DNA from: Phoronis australis
Taxonomy: Eukaryota; Animalia; Phoronida
Assembly: GCA_002633005.1 (NCBI GenBank)
Contig: NMRA01000007.1
Span: 1,970,569 to 2,034,568, forward strand
Length of the DNA stretch: 64,000 nucleotides
Direction of reading: 5' to 3'
In this document: piece by piece, positions 56,701-64,000 of the stretch
How positions within the stretch are numbered: position 1 is the stretch's first letter
Layout of the letters: every line of letters starts with the position of its first letter
Notes under the pieces: model-generated
Database searches by the model: none
The model's input: only the letters and a program-made list of their open reading frames with translations
Told to the model about the DNA's origin: nothing
Position numbers and translations under genes: made by a program

Positions 56701-59700
56701 GAGTCAACACATTTATGAGTTGAATCAGGACAAGTGGAAAATGATTAGTCACACCTCAGTGACCTCACTAAGCTTTTTAAACCTGTTGACGTCTGCATTG
56801 TAACTCATTAAGCAATAGAACAAAAATAAAAAATAATTGGCATTAGAATGACAAGCGACAAACTAATCTCAGTAATTGTCACAGTGGTCTCAGATTTTGA
56901 GAACCAGTTTTCACCACTGCATAACAGGCATAAAACTGGTTCTAAAAAATCCGGAACCACTGCAAGCGACTTTTGCCTAACATCAATGCAAAATAGCTCG
57001 ACTGTCACAGCAGCAGTGTACAGCTGTGTGGAAAAATCACTACAGACTGACAAATAACGCAGAATCAGAAAGGCTGCTGTGGTATTCCAGAAAGTAGCTA
57101 CTTCTGAACTCCATAAATGAGTTGCTAAGTTCAAATTTTGTAGTTAAAAAACTCATTCATTCGGTGTAGAAAATGCAGTGGCAGAGACATAGTAGCCATT
57201 AGTTCAAATTTCACTTACATTATAATGATAAAATCAACACACTCGGAGATTGATGTTAGTCATTAAAATAAGAATAAAAAAGAAAGCGAACAATAAAACA
57301 TACCAATTTCCTGTATCCTTCATGTATCGTCTTGTATTCAGACAATTCTTCTTGAGGGTCAAATACTGAAATCAGAAGTTTTAGAATGGAAAACCATTGA
57401 TAAGCAAATTTGCTAAAAAAGAAAACCTACCAACTCTAATGCTAGGACTTGTGCCAAATCACCTACAATACAATCGAACATAGTTACCCTGAACTTTTTT
57501 ACTAAGTAACAGCACAATACCCTGGCCATGTCAAATTAAAATCTGGAAAATGCAGAAGAATATTGAACAATTAATCAAATGTTTAATAGCCATTAGTGCC
57601 ACTCAACCATCCACAATTTCATGATAGAATTTATTGATTAATGAAATTGAATTCACCGACTGCACACCTCGTTTGATTGACAACAGAAAAGATAATGGCT
57701 AAATTTACTAAAGGCAAGAAAAATTAAGTTCGTAAGGAGCGGGAAGTAAGTGGCACAAGTATGAATCAATACCGTTAAAAACTAATGAATGTAAGGCCAG
57801 GTTTAAGACAAAGAAAACGGGAGCCTGGAAACTGGTCGTCAAGCACTGTCACACTACTAGTATGGTTAAACCCTAAGACTGCTGGTTACACATGACTAGG
57901 TGTGTAGCAAGGCGACTGTTGGTTACACAAGACTAGGTGTGTAGCAAGGTGACAAAAGGCTTGTCTGCTGCAGCACACTTTCCAAAATGGTGAACATTTG
58001 TAAATAACACAGGTTAATTAAGATTCAGTGAGGATCCTTAGTCCCAAAGATGTTGACAACTCTGGTGCCTATGTACAATCAGAAAACAAAAAAACATTAC
58101 AAGCAACTTGAACTGTCTTGCATTTTATACAAGTCAAAATCAGTGAAGTTTATTTTTAGCTAATTAATCACTACAACACCAATGCCTGATTGCGTAGACA
58201 AAAACACTCATTGACTCAAGATTATGTTTGTCCCATGAAGTGAACAGAAAATTAAGGTTATCTCAAACCTTATTCACAAAAATCGTCCGTTTATACAATA
58301 TTTCACTCGTGTCTAGCAAAATACCTCATCTTCATTCTCAGGGAACTTCTAATACAAAATATATACCATGTAGCGAAAAAAAGATTTAATTAGCAGAACC
58401 ACCTTGAAACAGCACTACTGTGAGGATATTTGTTTACTACTTATTCGAGGTCAAAGGTTACAGAGCTGTCACTCAAATCTAATCTCCCGCCAGCTACAAA
58501 GAAGCTTCGTATGTACCCTCAGTCCTTTCATTAACTGAGCTGCCAAAATATTGAGTTATCGAGGTGTACTTATGATAGAACGGTGCCCGGGGAAAACAAC
58601 AATAAAACGTAGTTTTGATCCTGAGGGAGCTGTGCGCCAACATGTGCATGACCATTGAGAACGAAAACTACAAATTGCCTCACGCCTCTTTGGTCACGAA
58701 CACAGGAAGTTGTGAAAAAAGATAAATCACCCAAATTCCTTAATTCAATAAAAAAATGGACATTTCGCTTTTTCGATCTCATGTTAACAACATGGTTTAA
58801 CCACCGACTCGATTTCTGTTATCCATTTCTTACTTGGTTTCGTATCAACCTAAAAGTAGGTCAAACAACAGTAACAGTTGATCTCATTTCGTGGCTGGGG
58901 AAGGTAAGTTTTAATGATAATTAAGTTAATTATGCACAGCAAATTCAGTTGACATTGCTACTGAATGTTGAAATAGCAAACATGGTTAAGGCATGATGTA
59001 TAGGCTATATTGACGAAAAAAAAGTTTTTGCCAAATAATTATTCAAAGATTTAGAGATTTCTACTCGCCCTAGTTTAATCGGCTTTTTCTTGGCTTCGGT
59101 AAATCGACTTTATTCAAACTTAGGAACACAAGTTCTCAAAAACGGCTCAGCGGATTTCGCTGAAACTTTCCAAACTTAATATTTATTCATCAATTCTCAA
59201 AAACAATGTTAGGATTTTTTATCATTATTAGAGCCTAATTTTGGCGTAAAGTAACAAAAACAAATACGACTTCTATTCTTTACAAAAATTAAGAAAGGTA
59301 TATTCATACCAAAATAACACCACGGTCGATTTTAATGAAACCTTTTTTAAATGAAAACTTTACCAGTTGCCACAAAAACACTGTTAGGAATTTTGGATTA
59401 GTCTTTTAGTTTGGTTTCTATGACAAATCAACTCGCAAAACGCAAGGCATTTTTGCAAAAAATAGCAGTCGTATCCGTCTTTGTTACAATGCGCAAAAAC
59501 TAGGCCTTTATATTGAAAATTCTAACAGCATTTTTGAGATTGGTAAAAATAGGAGTGCGCACAGTGTAAAAAGTACTGCTCGAAAAAAGTTTGATTATTG
59601 GAGCATTTTTTCGAGGAAGGAATTTAAGACACTGACGGCCTCCTAAGGTGGCACTCTGCGCAAAAGGTACTTATAACAGTCTGAATTTGGTGTTTTACTC

Positions 59701-60186
59701 AGTGTGAGGCATAATTGCCGAAAAGCTTATGGCATATGAAGCTCCTATAGGACCGCCGCTTAACCGTCTCTACGGCCAGTGGAGAAGCATTGCTTAGTAA
59801 GAGTCCAACAAACCATGAATGCTAATTTTTTCTCTTGTTTGCAGTTTGCCAAACAACTCCAGCGATTTTGCACAACATTTGTAATCAAGCACCAAAAATT
59901 GTGAATCACAGTTATTGATTCTGAATGCGACTGAGATGTGACTGGAGAACAGTCGAATTCGGAATTGTCGCTCGACTAAACTAAACTTTCTAAAGCCCTG
60001 CTAAAGGCGCTTTTGTTTTTCTTACCAGTTGCTTACCAGTGAAATCAAACAAGCTGAATTTGGGCAGATAAATATACAATACTTACTGAGACAATTAGCG
60101 TCCATGAAGGTATTGACAGGTGCCTGAAAAAATGGATCTCCTAAGAAACATAGGAGCTGATCGAATACCCACTCTGACTTCGCCAT
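50745..60186 (-). CDS. CFAP36: Cilia- and flagella-associated protein 36 (CCDC104/BARTL1; BART-like ARL3-binding domain), 8 exons, 380 aa
   Basis: Exons 60186-60087, 57365-57304, 54921-54811, 53594-53347, 53159-53039, 52463-52395, 51369-51217, 51023-50745; GT-AG and in phase (1143 nt). BART-like N-terminus MAKSEWVFDQLLCFLGDPFFQAPVNTFMDANCLIFDP..EYKTIHEGYRKLV, FEQVLAAESYSLFRHLMRQRNLELQQQAM, and C-terminal EELERRQKFLQEQRAKLV...RKAIAARLRSEVV. The middle low-complexity exons are less certain. Confidence 0.92.
51907..52279. repeat. ~122-bp tandem repeat x3 in CFAP36 intron 6
   Basis: ATGACT.GTACC.ACTATAA..G.GGCAAAATTCTAATTA starts at 51911, 52032 and 52155. Confidence 0.9.
55846..55923 (+). mobile_element. 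~75-bp hairpin mini-MITE family, copy 3
   Basis: ATTTTGAGAACCAGTTT...AAACTGGTTCTCAAAAT stem with the same loop. Confidence 0.7.
56882..56962 (-). mobile_element. ~75-bp hairpin mini-MITE family, copy 4 (inverted)
   Basis: CAGTGGT...GAGAACCAGTTTT-CACCACTGCATAACAGGCAT-AAAACTGGTTCT...ACCACTG; the loop is the reverse complement of the other copies. Confidence 0.7.
57877..57953. repeat. 37-bp tandem duplication
   Basis: GACTG.TGGTTACACA.GACTAGGTGTGTAGCAAGG occurs twice. Confidence 0.85.
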
Positions 60187-60959
60187 TTTGCAGGAAAATG
60201 TTTACCTGAGGCTCCAAAAGAAAAATGTCGCTTATGTTTGATCACTTCCGGGGGAAAACTTACTCGCAAACTGAACCATATCTTATTTAATTTACAGATA
60301 AATAACATTATTTCAATTCTTTGCTCTAAATTTGTACAAAAATAATGTCATATAGCACTACATTTTGAGTTAATTTTGTAACAACAGTTCAAGTGCGCTA
60401 GTAACTTTTTAGGATTTAGGACCACGTAACGTTACATTTTGATTAAAAATAATTAAAACAGAATTAGCCTAAAGTAATTAAATTAATGACGAAAAATATA
60501 TTTAAAACATTGAAAACTTATTGATTTTCTATTGCTCTCTATAAATCTGTAAAAAATAAAATAATTAGAGGGGGGTGTGGTTTTCAATGGACGCCATGTA
60601 ATGAGTTATAAAAGTGTACCGTACTGGAGTCGAGCACCATCTTCAGCACCTTCATGTGATTGGCCCAAATCTTGCGAGAAGTGGAAATTTGATGGCTACT
60701 TCAAATAACCGTTATAACGTAAAGAATTTCAGTCTCTTTCTTATATATTGGCGGAGTTTCCTTTAAACTTGATGACGCACAAGTATAGAATTTATATTGG
60801 TTGTGAATATCTGCGCAATTAAAGTGGATGAAATTGATCACAGTGCCTTGAATGTTTCAAGAAAATTTCCGTGCTCTTTAGTTTCTGGAATTACGATTAC
60901 GAAGTGCTCCATTTTGCCCAACTGNTGCCCTTAGTTCACAGTTTGTAAACCCAATATTA

Positions 60960-61190
60960 AAGCAATAAGTTCGAGTTTGAACTCGAAATTTCGAGTTTTT
61001 ACTCGAGTTTGTAGCACGAATATAAGGGTCTTCAAGGGCAAACTTGAACTAGAAACTCCTATGCATAAACTATAATGTATTCGAGCACAGTCTGATAACC
61101 AATTATCTTAAGTTCGCACAAAAGGAGCAGAGAAATTGCCAAAAATAGTTTCGAGTTCGTTTCGAGTACAAAGATTAGAGACCGGGCCCT
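60960..61190 (+). mobile_element. Right half of the foldback MITE family seen at 12419-12797
   Basis: Colinear similarity to about 12590-12797, ending CGAGTACAAAGATTAGAGACCGGGCCC. Confidence 0.7.
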
Positions 61191-61646
61191 GTGGTGTCTT
61201 GTGATTTGTCACTTTTATGGTTCCCTGGATGTTTCTTTTATTTATACTGCTGGTGGAAGGCTGCTGGCAGTCTTTCAGCATGCAATTAGGCCGTCTGGGA
61301 TGAGCGCTTTGGGTTTTACTTATAGTCTAGCTTGAGTAGCTGTGTTTTAACTGGTGAGTACTTACTAGTGAATCTAGGAATACAACATTGTCCTGGTGAC
61401 CTGTAGACAGTCTCGGACTACCGTTTTAGCTGGAGGTTTTCAAGGAATTATCCAACCCTCACACTGACTAAAACATCAAAGTCATGTTATAAATACATTT
61501 TGTACATAGCAGGACACCTTAGGAATCTGCCGATGTCTTTAATTCCTTCCAACGCCACCTGTCGTGTGGAGTGATAAAAATGGCCAGTTTACGATTTTGT
61601 GAACTGAACGAGGGACTGCTTGAAGAAAATTTGAAATTCTTTTCAG

Positions 61647-63558
61647 AGCACCACAATCCTGATGTGTCTTATCCTGGTCTCCCTCGTAGGCATCGTACTT
61701 AAAGTCCATTTCAAAGTCAAAAGAGGTATGCTGAGTTTTAACTATCTACTCTTTTTGATGAGACTCATTTCTTTTGCGCAGTTCTAAGTAAACTTGATTG
61801 CCTGCCCAGTGGGTGTATTCTTTTATGTCTTGGAATAAGTATGAATAGGGTGTTACCTACCATTCCCCTGGACTGTTAAACCAAGACATTTCCAACATCA
61901 TCTGATTTAGCATGACGTTCGATTAAACTTGACAAACAAGCCTATTGTGTTGGTTCACAATGAGTAGCAAGCGGCTCAGAGCAGTCACACAAAGAAATCA
62001 GCAGGTAAACATTAAGTCTAATTTCACTGAAATTCTACCATTTTTATCCGTTCGAAGTTTTTTTAGTGATAGTATTTCGTACAAAACACATTTGTTGAAT
62101 GTCGTTTGGAAATAGTACTTTTGAATATCGTGTAGGATCAGACGCACTGTTTACAACATAATTGCTGGATTCCGTGAGCTTATCAGATGAACACAGACAT
62201 TGAGAGAGCTGGACTATGTAAACATTGGTTTGCCAACTTTCTCCCCTTGCTATCACTGTCAAACTAAAAGCAACACGGCTGTATTCCACCTAGCCGATCA
62301 GTGAAATTGGGATACTCATCCCACAGCGTGGGTGCGTAACGGTATGGAAACTATTTTATTGCCGCTACGCTTAAATTCTAGCTGGCATAGAGCGGAATGG
62401 AATTCATATTGCAGGTTTGGCATTTGCTGGTCTGGGACTGGGGTTTAGGGATCGTAGCGGGAATTTCAAGGCATGGCCATGTAATCGTTTGCACCACCTG
62501 GACATCGCCAAAAATTTATGTGTTGTTTTGCATATTGTACATGAGTTCTAATTCCTTTTTTGACAGTGGTATAATTGTACTGTGCCACAAACTTGCTATT
62601 TTATGTTCTCGAGATTTTCCGGTTATTACAATCAGAAAAACTTGCATCTCATGGCTACATTTTATTAGATGGATGTCAGTACTCACACTTCACACGCAAT
62701 GACCTGTTCTTGCAATGATTTTTTGCAGAAATGTTTGCAGAATCTTGAAAGTTTATTATTGCATGAATGAACACAAACATTGCCTGAATTATTGCTGTGT
62801 TCCCTTGAATTAAAATTTTGCAAAAAATTCCAGGAAAAATATTCAAAAACTAGTTGCATGAATAAGCCTGAAGTCACGCTTCTTATGGAAACTTGAAGCG
62901 TGTGATTTTTTAGCAAATTTGAACACTTGACACTCATGCCTTTCCCCTTGTAGAAATTTCTCTCCATTTAGTTGCCAGTATGGAAACTGTATGTCTTCAC
63001 CAGATATCAGTTAGTGCAATGAGGAAGTGAATGCATTCAGTTATTATTGGTTATTGTGTCAAATTTGGTATAAACCCACATTCTGTTAAAGACAGTAACT
63101 AGTTCCACTTTAAAACTCTTGGTTTGTTGCTTGTAAAGATGAAGATAAAAAGTGATTTCTGAGCTTGGAAACAAGCTATAGGTTATTGCTTGAGACAATG
63201 CTCAGCACACAAAATTATTTGCCATGACAACTGACAAGCCTACTTATTGAGTCTGATCTGGAGCAATATTAAGAACAAACTGTCAGCTCTTTCCAAGCTC
63301 AAAATACCACCTCTGAGAAACAAGTTGAGACCAATTTCATAATGGTAAGTGGTGTGAATCATAGCGGACTGAACACTGGCTTATAACACCGTATCATTAC
63401 CACAGTTTCATCAGCGAGTTGTTATTGTAGAGTCTCTGTTAGTCATATCATCTCTGGGTATCCAAGTGACCACAACTTTCATGTCTGGGAGAAGACTTGT
63501 TCAATTCTACGACATGTCGCTCATCAAGGATCTCGTCATAAATGAAGGTATCACCATG
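61647..63558 (+). CDS. PIGH: Phosphatidylinositol N-acetylglucosaminyltransferase subunit H (partial: two internal exons)
   Basis: Exons 61647-61725 and 63431-63558 splice in phase to STTILMCLILVSLVGIVLKVHFKVKRESLLVISSLGIQVTTTFMSGRRLVQFYDMSLIKDLVINEGITM, matching the PIG-H TM2 plus ExLLvIxSLGIQ...IKDxVINE signature. The first coding exon was not found; the 3' exons lie beyond the window. Confidence 0.88.
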
Positions 63559-63735
63559 GTATGTAAATAAAAGTCCTCGCTAGTAGTGTTCTTGTTCTTG
63601 GGAAAAGAGTGTTTTAATGACACCTCGACTGGTTGTTTTAAGGGGGAACGCAGCCGTTTTTGATGTTACGTTCACTAAGTAAAAATGCAGATCCCTGGTT
63701 ATCTCGGAGATGCATTTATTTTTCCATGTTGATTA

Positions 63736-63800
63736 CTGTACCCTGTACCCTGTACCCTGTACCCTGTACCCTGTACCCTGTACCCTGTACCCTGTACCCT
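63736..63800. repeat. Heptanucleotide microsatellite (CTGTACC)n, about 9 units
   Basis: Read directly; it explains the spurious RVQGTGY-repeat ORF. Confidence 0.95.
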
Positions 63801-64000
63801 TGACATGGACTTACTATCTAAACAATAATGGAATGTGACATGAATAGCCCAACGGAAGGCTTGCACCTTCAGTCTGTATTCACTTCCATGGAGCAAACGG
63901 GATGTCCAACGTTGAACACTGTGTTTTTTTCAGCAGAAGTGAAACAATGCAGAACCAAGATGCAGGCTTTCTGTTGGGCCATTAACTTCACTTTTTATTA

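Noticed and set aside
58655-58924. Plus-strand ORF ending at a strong AAG|GTAAGT donor inside CFAP36 intron 1
   Set aside because: No similarity to PIGH or any recognisable protein; it cannot be supported as coding without transcripts.
58987-59650. AT-rich element with internal direct and inverted segments, partly similar to about 34040-34250
   Set aside because: Probably a repeat, but termini and TSD could not be defined with confidence.
61225-61335. Peptide DVSFIYTAGGRLLAVFQ resembling the PIGH N-terminus
   Set aside because: No in-frame ATG nearby, and stop codons precede the donor at 61354; likely a chance resemblance.
63925-63945. Acceptor followed by CAG AAG (QK) as the next PIGH exon
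   Set aside because: An in-frame TGA follows immediately; the real exon probably lies beyond the window.

Overview
Eukaryotic (AT-rich, intron-rich, invertebrate-animal-like) genomic DNA; no prokaryotic features, and most ORF-track entries are noise or single exons. Manual GT-AG splicing with phase checks gives five genes: VPS72/YL1 (+, 760-7285, 6 coding exons, 332 aa); a 143-aa signal-peptide protein consisting almost entirely of the HRC-type Cys-rich domain with a C-terminal RDEL (-, 16292-8847, 4 exons, not visible as a whole in the ORF track); PPP4R3/SMEK (+, 23647-42397, 15 coding exons, 818 aa); CFAP36/CCDC104 (-, 60186-50745, 8 exons, 380 aa); and two internal exons of PIGH (+, 61647-63558, incomplete). 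Introns and intergenic DNA hold many non-autonomous elements: a Helentron/DINE-1-like element with a nested Harbinger-type element carrying a 175-bp tandem array, a 1.5-kb Tc2/pogo-like TIR element, several foldback MITE families, a decayed LINE RT, and a 187-bp LTR retroelement remnant whose LTR contains a tRNA-like Pol III cassette followed by a perfect tRNA-Ser primer-binding site. Best leads: the minimal ER-retained HRC-like protein with an ERSE-like promoter motif, the tRNA-in-LTR mini-element, and the tail-to-tail PPP4R3-CFAP36 pair that matches the human arrangement. Family assignments come from recalled motif similarity, not from database searches.
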